A DNA stretch of 64,000 nucleotides from Myxococcota bacterium. GTDB taxonomy: Bacteria > Myxococcota_A > UBA9160 > SZUA-336. Below, in pieces: positions 21,799 to 31,106 of this stretch; the stretch's first letter is position 1, and every line of letters begins with the position of its first letter. The position numbers and the translations under genes are program-made. The stretch spans positions 1,152,001 through 1,216,000 of the forward strand of contig CBDFGR010000003.1 of the NCBI GenBank assembly GCA_965247115.1. Direction: 5' to 3'. The notes beneath the pieces were generated by a model. That model had not been told where the DNA came from. It did not search any database and saw only the letters and a program-made list of their open reading frames with translations.

Positions 21799-21823
21799 GT
21801 GCCGGGGACAGGACTCAAACCTG
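21799..21823 (-). repeat. tRNA 3'-end copy (att-like scar 2)
   Basis: GTGCCGGGGACAGGACTCAAACCTG has one mismatch to 24323-24347 and lies ~80 bp after the integrase remnant. Confidence 0.8.
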
Positions 21824-22269
21824 TGTGCTTTGAGCGTAAGTCCGCGTAATTATGAAGGGTCTAAGTCGCTAAGCTTGCGTGCAGCTTGCGTGCAGCATCG
21901 AGAACTCACTCTGTGTTCGCAGGCACTCGTTCGAAGCGCCCGAAGACGGGCGGCCCGCTCGAAGACTCGCTTAGATGCACCCTGGCGGGCCTGAGACGGC
22001 CCGGGCAGTGAAGAGCTAGGGGATCTTCAGCGTCTTGGGCTCGTAGCCCTCCATTGTCACCGTGACCGTCTCGCCCGAATAGAAGATCCAGCCTTGGCTG
22101 TTCCGCGAGTTGAGTTCTGTGACGCTTCCGGGGCTGAGAGAAGCAGGCAAAGTCCGCTTCTGGTCGAGGCTTCGATGTCTTCAAGCCGAGTGACTCGATT
22201 CCGGAGCTCTTCCCATTCCATACGGCATCTCCTCTCGTGTGCCATTGTTTGCCCTTCGGCCCAGACCCC

Positions 22270-23142
22270 CTACACGTACGGGTCAAAGGGGGGGTTGATA
22301 TCGCTTCGCTGTCCTGGCGAGAGCCCGAGCACGCGCTTGAGCTCCGGATTGCGATCGAGCAGTTCGGGGGATAGCCGTCTCAAATTTGCGATGTAGCGTT
22401 TGGCGTGGGGGCCCTGAATGTAGGGGCGGGTGTAGTTCTCGCTCAGCGTTACTCGCAGCCCAGTCCGGGTGCGCGGCAAAGTGCTGTGAAACGTGCCCCC
22501 TTGCCACATCGCCACCGAGCCGGCCTCGGCCTCGAGGCGCACGATCGGATAGGGTGTGTTGGTGACGTCGCTGTCGTGGGGCAAGACGCTGTGGCCGAAG
22601 TGTCGGCTGGCGGGGACGAACAGGGTCGGGCCGTCGGCTTCGTCGATGTAGTCGGTGCAGATCCAGGAACAATTCAGCCTGTGACAGATCTGGCCGGCGC
22701 CCATCGGGATGCCTTCCACCTGGTCGTCGGTGTGCAGCGGGAGCCGGTGGAAGATGTCGTCGATGTCGGTGCCCTTTAGGATGATCGAGTTGGTTCTGAG
22801 CACCGCGCCCTGGCCCAGCATCAGGCGGACCAGCGCCAACTTCGCTGGGTTGATCGCTGCCTCGATGAACACTTCGTCCTCGTCGTAGAACGCATCCGAC
22901 AAGAGCGTAGTGATCGTCGAGGTTCGAAAATCGACCGAGACGTTGTTCCGCTTCTCGTAGGCGGCCACGGCCGCGTCGCGCAGACGCTCGATCCACGCAT
23001 CGGCGACACCGAGGGTCTCGGGTGAGACTACGGTAAAACCGTAGGTCATCAGCTCCACGGCGTTCTGGGCCAACCCGTAGCGCTCGATGTCGGAAATGAT
23101 CGAATCGAGGCTCGGCATGGCCTTCAGTTCTGCGATGTTCAT
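22270..23142 (-). CDS. PhyH family Fe/2OG dioxygenase
   Basis: LPLHTD, DGPTLFVPASRH, GGTFH, RTGLR. Confidence 0.82.
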   Translation of the reverse strand: MNIAELKAMPSLDSIISDIERYGLAQNAVELMTYGFTVVSPETLGVADAWIERLRDAAVAAYEKRNNVSVDFRTSTITTLLSDAFYDEDEVFIEAAINPAKLALVRLMLGQGAVLRTNSIILKGTDIDDIFHRLPLHTDDQVEGIPMGAGQICHRLNCSWICTDYIDEADGPTLFVPASRHFGHSVLPHDSDVTNTPYPIVRLEAEAGSVAMWQGGTFHSTLPRTRTGLRVTLSENYTRPYIQGPHAKRYIANLRRLSPELLDRNPELKRVLGLSPGQRSDINPPFDPYV

Positions 23143-23687
23143 CTCCCGTCCCTCTTCATTCGTGTGCGGGTCCGCATTCTAGCCCAAGGCTGTACTTCCA
23201 CTCCGGCGCCCGGCTGAGAGAGTTGCCAGACAGGTCCTGCGCGCCCCAACTCCGGAGCCACAGGGTCCGAGGTGGCGAATGCGACGGCCAGCTCCAGACG
23301 CGGGCCCAGATGGTGGGCGACCGAGTTCTTCGCGCCGGGTCGACTGCGGTGAATCGTGAAGTCCACGATCGGCGGGTCGATCAGGACGAACTGATCGAGG
23401 TGACGCTCGTGAGTCGACTCTCGATCTTGACTCGCTCGCCCCGATAGGCGATCGAGAGTCGAATCTGGACGAGGGTGGCATCGAAGACGGGGACGTCGAA
23501 GGAGAATCCTGCGTTCGCCTACCATGTCACGGTGTCGGACGACACGCGGAGGTCGCTGCCCTGACCGTCGATATCGGCCCGGCGATCTTCCTCGCGGAGG
23601 AGCCTGACCCGTGGGCACGAGCGTTAGATCCGAGCCTTCCTCGCCAGCCCCGCGATTCAGCCAACAGTGCTGGCACACGGGCGGAGG

Positions 23688-23798
23688 AACATCGTCGAGG
23701 CCCTGATCGACGAGGAGTACGCCGTCTTTATTGGCTTCCCGTTGAAGGTGAAGCACGGTGACGGATCGCCAATTCGAGCGGCTGCTCTCGTCTACTAG
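23688..23798 (+). pseudogene. C-terminal fragment of a cyclase/kynurenine-formamidase family gene
   Basis: Manual translation NIVEALIDEEYAVFIGFPLKVKHGDGSPIRAAALVY*; no upstream part found. Confidence 0.6.
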
Positions 23799-24321
23799 GC
23801 TTCGAGCTACTCCTCCCCCATCCTCGATAACTCCGTCACCATCGCCCTAGCAGCGTCCGCGTAGCGAAGTGCGGCCTCCCGTGGCGGACGATCACGAGGT
23901 TAGGATCTGTTGAGTTCCTTGGGAGTGGGACAGGTCTCCCGCCATCGCGTCGGCGTGGCGGGGGCGATACACGCGTTCAGAACCGGGAGCGGTTTGATCG
24001 AAGCAGAGGGTCGGGGGCCCGCCGCTCCTCGGGACTCGCCCGCTTCGCCTCGGCCTCGATCGCGTAGACCTGTGCGATCCGATCGCTCGTGGTGCCGGCC
24101 TCGGGGTAGTGTAGTGGGGCTCGGCGCCTCCAGGTTCACAAGCGTCTCGAACACCGGGATCCCTCGGGTCAGGAAGGCATGATGTACGGGAAGGAGAGTC
24201 TCGTATCCAGTAGCTCCCTGCTGGCTGCCAGAGAAGAAGCAGGAGATGCATTCCAGGCTCAGGCCGTCGGTTCCAACAGCCCGAACGGGAAGCTCGGCCA
24301 GGCCGATTTCAAGTCGTTTCC

Positions 24322-24351
24322 GGTGCCGGGGACAGGACTCGAACCTGCACG
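24322..24351 (-). repeat. tRNA 3'-end copy (probably Leu); att site at the left prophage border
   Basis: Reverse complement CGTGCAGGTTCGAGTCCTGTCCCCGGCACC is a T-arm plus acceptor 3' strand with discriminator A; no D or anticodon arm adjacent. Confidence 0.85.
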
Positions 24352-24431
24352 ATACCGACAGAACGTGAGCGCACTCGGGTAGTTAGCCCGAATTCGTCGT
24401 GTCCTTGCGGTGTCCTCGTTGAGAGCAATCC

Positions 24432-24668
24432 GTGAGTCGCGACGACTTCATCCTCACGGGCGAGACCATGCTCGTCGAGGACGCTACGACGGAGCTCGTC
24501 TCCGCGATCTTCTCTGAGATCGGCCAGCGCTCGATTGAACGTCGCGAAGGACAGCCTCCGATCCACGAGGCGCTTGAGGAACTTGTCCACGCGAAGCTCA
24601 CGGATCTGGCGGAGCGCATCGCGAAGCAGTCTGGGTCAGAGCCCGACGGTCAAGGAGAGGGCGAGTGA
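24432..24668 (+). CDS. Phage hypothetical protein
   Basis: First ORF after att, translationally coupled to the next gene. Confidence 0.5.
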   Translation: MSRDDFILTGETMLVEDATTELVSAIFSEIGQRSIERREGQPPIHEALEELVHAKLTDLAERIAKQSGSEPDGQGEGE

Positions 24669-25132
24669 TGCGCGCGCAGCATGGGGAGATCCCCATGAAT
24701 GCCCTCGCTCAGGCTGGGCGCATGGCCATGCGGCTGAAGTGCATCGCCGTGGCCCTGGCCGAGACGCCGGACAACGTGCTCTGGATCGAGCCCAGAAAAG
24801 CGCTGACAGGTAGAGCCCGACCGGAGGCTGGTGGCTACGTGATCGCGGCTCCAAGGCCCTTCACGCGCCGCAGCCTCTACATCTTCCTGCACGAGTGCGG
24901 ACACGTAGCGCTGGGGCACCTCGAGCGTAAGGCCCGCCGCAGGTTCAAGTCCTGGGAGCGCGAGCAGCAGGCCGAGCAGTTCGCGCAGGACCGGATGCGT
25001 GCGCATGGCCTGGCCGTCCCCCGCAAGGAACTCCTTCGAGGAAAACTCTACGTGGAGCACAAGCGAGAGTTTGGACGAAGGATCGCGAGGGGCCGACCAG
25101 CGCTTGGTACACCCGCGGGTCAAGGAGACTGA
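24668..25132 (+). CDS. Phage protein with HExxH zinc-peptidase motif
   Basis: IFLHECGH...EREQQAEQFA; GGAG RBS. Confidence 0.6.
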   Translation: MRAQHGEIPMNALAQAGRMAMRLKCIAVALAETPDNVLWIEPRKALTGRARPEAGGYVIAAPRPFTRRSLYIFLHECGHVALGHLERKARRRFKSWEREQQAEQFAQDRMRAHGLAVPRKELLRGKLYVEHKREFGRRIARGRPALGTPAGQGD

Positions 25133-25670
25133 GTGCTGGTCCGTAGCGACGCTCGAGCGATTCCTCTGGCCGACCAGGTGGCCGACTGCGTCGTGACCAG
25201 CCCTCCGTACTGGGGCCTGGCGGACCTACGAGATCGATGGCCAGATCGGCCTCGAGGAGACGCCCGCTGAGTACCTCGAGGAGCTCCTGGCCGTGTTCCG
25301 GGAGGTACACCGCGTCCTCAAGCCAGAGGGGACGCTCTGGCTCAACCTGGGCGACTGCTACGTCTCTGCCCCGAGCAGCGGCCACGGCTGGGACAAGAGC
25401 ACGCTGACGCTGCCGAAGAGCCGCGAGCGCAAGATCCAGCACGCGCAGAGGGCTTCGCGGCTCAAGGGCCGGAAGTTCGAGGGCCTCAAGCCAAAGGACA
25501 TGGTCGGGATGCCCTGGACGGTCGCGCTCGCGCTGCGCAACGAGGGCTGGTATCTGCGGCGGGACATCATCTGGCACAAGCTATCGCCAATGCCCGAGGC
25601 AGTGAAAGATCGCCCAACGTCTGCGCACGAGTACCTGTTCCTGCTGGCCAAGTCTCGCCGCTACTACTAC
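25133..25670 (+). pseudogene. N4C/N6A DNA methyltransferase, frameshifted (~25220) and cut by the IS
   Basis: DCVVTSPPYWGL, extra G, then GQIGLEETP...LWLNLGD...DIIWHK...AHEYLFLLAKSRRYYY ending at the IS left IR. Confidence 0.85.
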
Positions 25671-25753
25671 GGGCACTGCCTCAGTCTGAAATCTTGAGCG
25701 GCTGATCTCCCGCTACCGGACCATGCTGCATTTCTCTATCCTTGGCGCTAAGC

Positions 25754-25990
25754 ATGGCGAAGCGGACAAAGAAGAAGCGCCCCCGAGACGTGATCGGAAA
25801 CGCCGTGCGCGTGATGCGGGTCGCGACTGGTGAGGAAGACGCGGAGACGGCGGAGGAGACCGAGGAAAGCCCTGCTGCCCAGCTCGGCCGGAAGGGCGGC
25901 GAGGCCCGGGCGAAGCGTCTGACTTCTGAGCAGCGGCGCGAGATCGCCAAGAAGGGCGCGGCGGCTCGCTGGGGCAAGCGTAAGGAATAA
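25754..25990 (+). CDS. Small basic IS passenger protein
   Basis: KRPRDVIGNAVRVMRVATGE...LGRKGGEARAKRLTSEQRREIAKKGAAARW. Confidence 0.75.
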   Translation: MAKRTKKKRPRDVIGNAVRVMRVATGEEDAETAEETEESPAAQLGRKGGEARAKRLTSEQRREIAKKGAAARWGKRKE

Positions 25991-26072
25991 TCCGAGGAAT
26001 ATTCCTCTTGACTTTGGGTCGCTCTCTGGCGAAACTCCTGGCATCGCGCGACTGCACGATGGGGGTGAGCCA

Positions 26073-26624
26073 ATGACCAAGCGACCGATGATCGAGGTGA
26101 TGGCTTGCATGGATCCTTATCTCGATGACCTCAATGCGATCTGCCACGAGGCCGTGACGACGTATCAGGGAAAGGAATATAGCGATCGCGTCCGTTTGGA
26201 GCACACCCCAAGCACTCAGGCGAACTGCATCCACTCGCACATGGTCGCCGGCGCCCATCGCCTTCTCTCGGACCGGCCCGGTATCAGATTCCTCGAAGTG
26301 CGGGGTCTGAACATCTGGCTCTTCGGCTCGGAAGTGATCGTGAGGTTCAAGAAAATGGATCCCAGTGGACGGTCGCAAAACTACCAGACGCAGCAGGCAA
26401 AGGACTATGACGGCGGTGATGATCTGCCCGGCGTTCCACCGCCAGCTTGTCGGGTGACCGTTGGCTACGTGCTCGACCCACCGGGCTCTGGGATTCGCCG
26501 AGTTCAAGTCGCGCGTCCTTTCGGGCAGCAGGTCGAATGGTGTGCGGCGATCGTGCCTCCAGACGGGCGTCTGCCGGGAGCGCGGCTCTGGATCGATGTG
26601 ACAAGTCAAAGGAATTTCGGCTAA
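26073..26624 (+). CDS. Hypothetical protein, partner of the HTH-ImmA/IrrE gene (candidate toxin)
   Basis: 183 aa with IVRFKKMD...SQNYQTQQ, 21 bp upstream of the HTH-peptidase gene. Confidence 0.65.
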   Translation: MTKRPMIEVMACMDPYLDDLNAICHEAVTTYQGKEYSDRVRLEHTPSTQANCIHSHMVAGAHRLLSDRPGIRFLEVRGLNIWLFGSEVIVRFKKMDPSGRSQNYQTQQAKDYDGGDDLPGVPPPACRVTVGYVLDPPGSGIRRVQVARPFGQQVEWCAAIVPPDGRLPGARLWIDVTSQRNFG

Positions 26625-26645
26625 CTCATTCCGCGGAGCGGCACC

Positions 26646-27743
26646 GTGGACGAGTTCAATCATGAAATGCTCATCCTCGCGCGTGAAGCGCGAGGCTTCA
26701 CGCAAAGTGCGCTGGCAATGCGTATCTCTGTCGGGCAGGGCACGCTCTCGAAGTTCGAGACAGGAGTCGCGCAGCCTCAACGCAGGACCGTCACCGCTCT
26801 GGCCCGCGCTCTCGGCTATCCAGAGGCGTTTTTCCGCGAGCCTGGACATGCCTACGGATTCCCGCCGTTCCATTACCGAAGGCGCAAGAAGCTGTCGGCG
26901 AAGGCGCTCGGTCGGATCATCGCGGAGATGAACATTCGGAGGCTTCACGTCCGCAAGCTTGCGCTCTCCTACCCCCCTCCTGCGAGCACCCTCATCCCCG
27001 AGATCGACATGGATGAGTACCAGGGAACCGACAGCCGCGTGCCTTCCGCGGAGGATGTTGCGCGGTCAGTCCGCGAGGCTTGGATGCTCTCCAGTGGGCC
27101 AGTGCCGAACATGATGGAGTTGATCGAGCAGAACGGCGGCATCGTGGTTCCCTTCGCGTTCAAGACCGCGCTGCTCGACGCGATGAGCCAGCGTATCGAC
27201 GGAATGCCAGTTCTGTTCTTCGTGAACGTCAATTCACCTGCGGACCGGGTTCGCTACACGCTGGCCCACGAGTTGGGCCATATGTGCTTGCACACGACGG
27301 CACTCAAGAGCGACGAAGAGATGGAGCGTGAGGCCGACGCGTTCGCGGGTGCGTTTCTCTTGCCTGCCGACGAGATCAAATCACAGCTACGACGCTTCGA
27401 CCTCAGACACGTCGCGAACATGAAGGCGTATTGGAAGGTCGCCATGCAGGCGATCGCCGTGCGTGCTCATCGACTGAATCTCATCACGCCGTACCAGTAC
27501 AAGATGTTCTGGATCGAGATGGGGAAACTCGGCTATCGCCGACGCGAGCCGAACGAGCCCCTGCGCGAGACTCCGACGCTTCTGCACAGGATGGTTGCGT
27601 TCCATCGGAGCGAGCTTGGCTACTCGGTCGAAGATATGGCGAAACTACTCTGCCTCGAAGTGCCCGAATTTACGCTGATGTACGGGGCAGACGCCCCGTA
27701 TGAGCCCGAAGTGGGTCGCAATCATCTTCGCCTCGTAAAGTGA
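26646..27743 (+). CDS. XRE HTH fused to an ImmA/IrrE (M78) zinc metallopeptidase
   Basis: AREARGFTQSALA...LSKFETG; RVRYTLAHELGH; EREADAFAGAFLLP. Confidence 0.93.
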   Translation: MDEFNHEMLILAREARGFTQSALAMRISVGQGTLSKFETGVAQPQRRTVTALARALGYPEAFFREPGHAYGFPPFHYRRRKKLSAKALGRIIAEMNIRRLHVRKLALSYPPPASTLIPEIDMDEYQGTDSRVPSAEDVARSVREAWMLSSGPVPNMMELIEQNGGIVVPFAFKTALLDAMSQRIDGMPVLFFVNVNSPADRVRYTLAHELGHMCLHTTALKSDEEMEREADAFAGAFLLPADEIKSQLRRFDLRHVANMKAYWKVAMQAIAVRAHRLNLITPYQYKMFWIEMGKLGYRRREPNEPLRETPTLLHRMVAFHRSELGYSVEDMAKLLCLEVPEFTLMYGADAPYEPEVGRNHLRLVK

Positions 27744-27782
27744 ACTTATTTGCTTGACGTTAGGCATAAAAGTTCATATAAT
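27741..27782 (+). promoter_or_regulatory. Sigma70-type transposase promoter with overlapping inverted repeat
   Basis: TTGACG (27754-59), 17-bp spacer, TATAAT (27777-82); imperfect palindrome TGAACTT...AAGTTCA across 27741-27776. Confidence 0.75.
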
Positions 27783-27788
27783 GAGGCT

Positions 27789-28670
27789 ATGAACAGGTTG
27801 CCCCTTGAGAAGCGCGTCCAGATCCTATCGATGCTCTGCGAGGGCTCGTCTATGCGCTCGGTTTCCCGAGTGGCAGATGTGTCGATCAACACAGTCACCA
27901 AGCTTCTGGTAGATGCCGGAAATGCTTGCGCCGGGTTCCATGATGAGACGGTTCGCGGCGTTAGGGCGCAGCGTATCCAGTGCGACGAGATCTGGTCGTT
28001 CTGCTACGCAAAGGCCAAGAACGTCCCAAACGCAAAGTCTGCGCCCGGATATGCAGGAGATGTCTGGACCTGGACCGCACTCGATAGCGATAGCAAGCTA
28101 CTTGTTTCGTATCTGATCGGTGGTCGCGATACAGAGTATGCCGTGGCGTTCATGAACGATCTGCGTTCGCGTCTTGCCAACCGTGTGCAACTCAGCACCG
28201 ACGGGCATCGCGCCTATCTGAGCGCCGTCGAGGATGCATTCGCGGACGACGTAGATTATGGACAGATCATCAAGATCTACGGAGAGCCACCGGGTCAGGA
28301 CAAGCGCTATGGCCCCGCTATCTACAAGGGTACGCGCAAGTCGCGCGTGATCGGCTACCCAGATCCGCGGTACGTTTCGACTTCGCACATTGAGCGCAGC
28401 AACCTCTCATTTAGAATGCATATGCGCAGATTTACGCGGCTGACCAATGCACACTCAAAAAAGTTCGCGAATCACTGTCACATGGTCGCTCTATACACAG
28501 TCTGGTACAACTTTGCTCGGCTTCACAAGTCCATACGGATGTCGCCGGCACTGGCTGCCGGGATCTCCGATCATCTGTGGGACATGGCCGATATCGTCGG
28601 GCTGGTTGAGAAGGCCGAAGCGTCACGCTCCCGGGAGCGCGGCTCCTACCAGAAACGAGTTTCAAACTGA
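27789..28670 (+). CDS. IS1-family DDE transposase
   Basis: N-terminal HTH (EGSSMRSVSR), QCDEIW, STDG, STSHIERSNLSFRMHMRRFTRLTNAHSKK. Confidence 0.88.
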   Translation: MNRLPLEKRVQILSMLCEGSSMRSVSRVADVSINTVTKLLVDAGNACAGFHDETVRGVRAQRIQCDEIWSFCYAKAKNVPNAKSAPGYAGDVWTWTALDSDSKLLVSYLIGGRDTEYAVAFMNDLRSRLANRVQLSTDGHRAYLSAVEDAFADDVDYGQIIKIYGEPPGQDKRYGPAIYKGTRKSRVIGYPDPRYVSTSHIERSNLSFRMHMRRFTRLTNAHSKKFANHCHMVALYTVWYNFARLHKSIRMSPALAAGISDHLWDMADIVGLVEKAEASRSRERGSYQKRVSN

Positions 28671-28680
28671 GGCAGTACCC

Positions 28681-28977
28681 GACCGTGAGGACCCCGACGC
28701 CTGCGCCTACCCTCTTGATCCCGACGACTTGGGCCGGTGCCTGCGACTCCTCGAGAGGTTCCCAGAGTGGAAGGAACGGCTACCCGAGATGGAGGCGCTT
28801 GATCCAGTCTGGGGCGCCTTGGCGGAGCACTGGTACGAACTCGCTGCTCTCTACCACGAGGAGGCTCGATTCCGGATGGCTCCCAAGTGCTACAAGCGAA
28901 TGAGGGAGCTGATCGATCCGCTCCGGTACGTTCGACCGACGTTCATCCATCCCGTCAGTCAAGAAGGCGAACGATGA
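28681..28977 (+). pseudogene. 5'-truncated phage hypothetical gene
   Basis: YPLDPDDLGRCLRLLERFPEW...WGALAEHW begins at the IS right end without a start codon. Confidence 0.55.
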
Positions 28978-30017
28978 ACGAGCCGCTCAATGTCTATGAC
29001 CCGGTTCGGGAGAAATCTGGAAGCCTCGAAAGTCTGCTTGAGGCCAACCAGAGACATCGGGATAGCCAGTGGCCGGAGCCGTTCGATAAGACGACACACA
29101 CGCTCCACCTGGGCGACGCGAGAAAGCTGGATCAGATAGAAGCGGGCTCCATACATCTGATTGTCACATCCCCGCCATACTGGACGTTGAAAAAGCATCC
29201 CGCTGCCAAAGACCAGCTTGGCGATATAGAAGATTACGAGCAGTTTCTGGTGTCTCTAGATCGCGTATGGCGCGAGTGTGAGCGCGTGTTGGTGCCAGGT
29301 GGGAGGATCTGCTGCGTGGTCGGCGACGTGTGTATGTCGAGGAAAAAGAACGGGAAACACTACGTCGTGCCGTTACATGCGGATATTCAGGTCCGATCCC
29401 GCGCGCTGGGTCTGGACTGTCTTACGCCGATCTTCTGGCACAAGATCTCTAACGGCCTCCAAGAGGCGAGCGGAAACGGGGCGCGCTACTACGGAAAGCC
29501 GTACCAGCCCGGCGGCGTGATTAAGAATGATGTGGAATACATTCTGTTCTTCAGGAAGGGAGCAGGTTACCGCTCGCCGTCCGCCGAGCAACAGGCACTC
29601 TCGATGCTGACCAAAGCGGAGGTTCGGAGCTGGTTCAAGTCGGCGTGGACGGACATTAAAGGGGCTTCGACGCGGAACGGACACCCGGCGCCCTATCCCA
29701 CGGAAGTTGCTGAGCGCCTGATCCGCATGTTTTCGTTCGCTGGGGATACTGTACTAGACCCATTTGTCGGGACCTGTTCAACCCTGATCGCTGCGATGCA
29801 CATGGGCCGGAATTCCATAGGAATCGAGATTGAGCCAGCTTACCTTGAACTTGCCAAATACCGTCTTGAAGGTGAACTCGAAAAACATCGCTTCAACGTA
29901 AACACCACAGCCTTGCTGATCGGACCGTGTGGTGACCTCGCAAACCGTCGGAGACGAAGCGCTGGCGGCTCGGGCGTGGAAAGTTTCAGGGATAATTCCC
30001 CAAGTGGAGATCACTAG
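28974..30017 (+). CDS. Orphan beta-class N4C/N6A DNA methyltransferase
   Basis: IVTSPPY, HPAPYP, VLDPFVGTCST, GIEIE. Confidence 0.92.
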   Translation: MNEPLNVYDPVREKSGSLESLLEANQRHRDSQWPEPFDKTTHTLHLGDARKLDQIEAGSIHLIVTSPPYWTLKKHPAAKDQLGDIEDYEQFLVSLDRVWRECERVLVPGGRICCVVGDVCMSRKKNGKHYVVPLHADIQVRSRALGLDCLTPIFWHKISNGLQEASGNGARYYGKPYQPGGVIKNDVEYILFFRKGAGYRSPSAEQQALSMLTKAEVRSWFKSAWTDIKGASTRNGHPAPYPTEVAERLIRMFSFAGDTVLDPFVGTCSTLIAAMHMGRNSIGIEIEPAYLELAKYRLEGELEKHRFNVNTTALLIGPCGDLANRRRRSAGGSGVESFRDNSPSGDH

Positions 30018-30089
30018 GGTGACCTCAGAACTCGGATTAGGCCCCGTCGATCGACCGACGGGTACAGACCCAGCGGGTCAGGAGGGAGA

Positions 30090-30443
30090 ATGAGCCACAC
30101 GCCTACGCCGTGGATGTATCAAGAGCGCGGGCCGCGAGAAGTAAAGCTTCTCCGGGTTCACTATGAGATCGGCTCTCAGGCAAATGGGGAAGGAATCGGA
30201 CTTGCTTTTGGCGACGATGAAGTGAACGCCGAGCACATCGTCCGCTGCGTGAACTCCCACGACGCGCTCGTAGAGGCGCTGCTCGAGGCGCAAATGGAGC
30301 TGCTCCATGTCGCCGGGGGGCAGGGTAAGCCTGAGGCTGCGAAGGACATGCTCCCCCGCATCCGGGACGCACTCAACTTGGCCGATGGACTGACGGGCAG
30401 CCAACCCGCGGGTCAATCAAGAGGCGGCGATGGGACCGACTGA
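30090..30443 (+). CDS. Phage hypothetical protein
   Basis: MSHTPTPW...NAEHIVRCVNSHDALVEAL; strong GGAGG RBS. Confidence 0.7.
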   Translation: MSHTPTPWMYQERGPREVKLLRVHYEIGSQANGEGIGLAFGDDEVNAEHIVRCVNSHDALVEALLEAQMELLHVAGGQGKPEAAKDMLPRIRDALNLADGLTGSQPAGQSRGGDGTD

Positions 30444-30750
30444 GAACGTGCGCGTTGCAACTCGGCATGGGTATCTCGATACCCCCGCGTACAGCACACA
30501 ATGCGAGTTCCTGATGGTCCACCGGAGTCTTGCCGGTGATCTCTGGTCGATCACCCACATACCCACAGGCCACTACTGTGCGAAGGTGGACACGCTCCGC
30601 GACGGCAGGGAGTTCGCACGAAGGTTGAGGGAGTTGGACTGGAATTTCCGGAGTCCTCGGTCCTCGAAGATGAAGGCCCTCGGTGAACCCGTCCGGAAGG
30701 TACTTGGCGACTTGCGCGCAGCGCGGAACGGCCGCGAGATCCGCCGCTGA
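30430..30750 (+). CDS. Phage hypothetical protein
   Basis: WSITHIPTG motif; overlaps the previous gene end. Confidence 0.55.
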   Translation: MGPTENVRVATRHGYLDTPAYSTQCEFLMVHRSLAGDLWSITHIPTGHYCAKVDTLRDGREFARRLRELDWNFRSPRSSKMKALGEPVRKVLGDLRAARNGREIRR

Positions 30751-31106
30751 CGAACGCATCCCAACACCGGCAGTCGGGGGAAACAACACGGTGAGCGATC
30801 GCAAGTGCGAGCAGTGCCAGAGAGTCGTCTACACCAATAGGAAACGCTGCACCTACTGCGAACGGCTCGTCTGTAAAGGGTGCTGGAGCGGCCTTCCCCA
30901 AGTATGCGTGCGGTCAGTGCCTGGAGGTGCCGACGGAGAAGACGACCGTCAGTCAGGAGAAGCCATGACGCCGGAGCGCAGGGCCGAACTCTACGACTCG
31001 ATCAGCAATCCCTGTGCCGCCTGCGGATCGGGTGTCACGGCGTCCTGCTTGGAAACTGACGGTTGCGCGCCACGCGAGAAGCAGATTGAGCGCCTCGCAG
31101 ACGAGT

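Larger units (their letters stand above)
25671..28680 (+). mobile_element. IS1-family element with three passenger genes
   Basis: Left end GGGCACTGCCTCAGTCTGAAA (25671-25691) and reverse complement of right end GGGTACTGCCTCAGTTTGAAA (28660-28680) match at 19 of 21; transposase stop lies inside the right IR; no target duplication seen. Confidence 0.85.

Noticed and set aside
23930..23970. GC-rich hairpin CCCGCCA...TGGCGGG as an ncRNA or terminator
   Set aside because: No U-tract, no second copy and no recognisable family; such stems are common in high-GC DNA
24322..24351. Intact tRNA gene
   Set aside because: Only the T-arm and acceptor 3' strand are present; the adjacent sequence does not form D or anticodon arms
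30018..30046. Possible IS end (AACTCGGATTAGGCCCC) after the orphan MTase
   Set aside because: No matching inverted partner or transposase found
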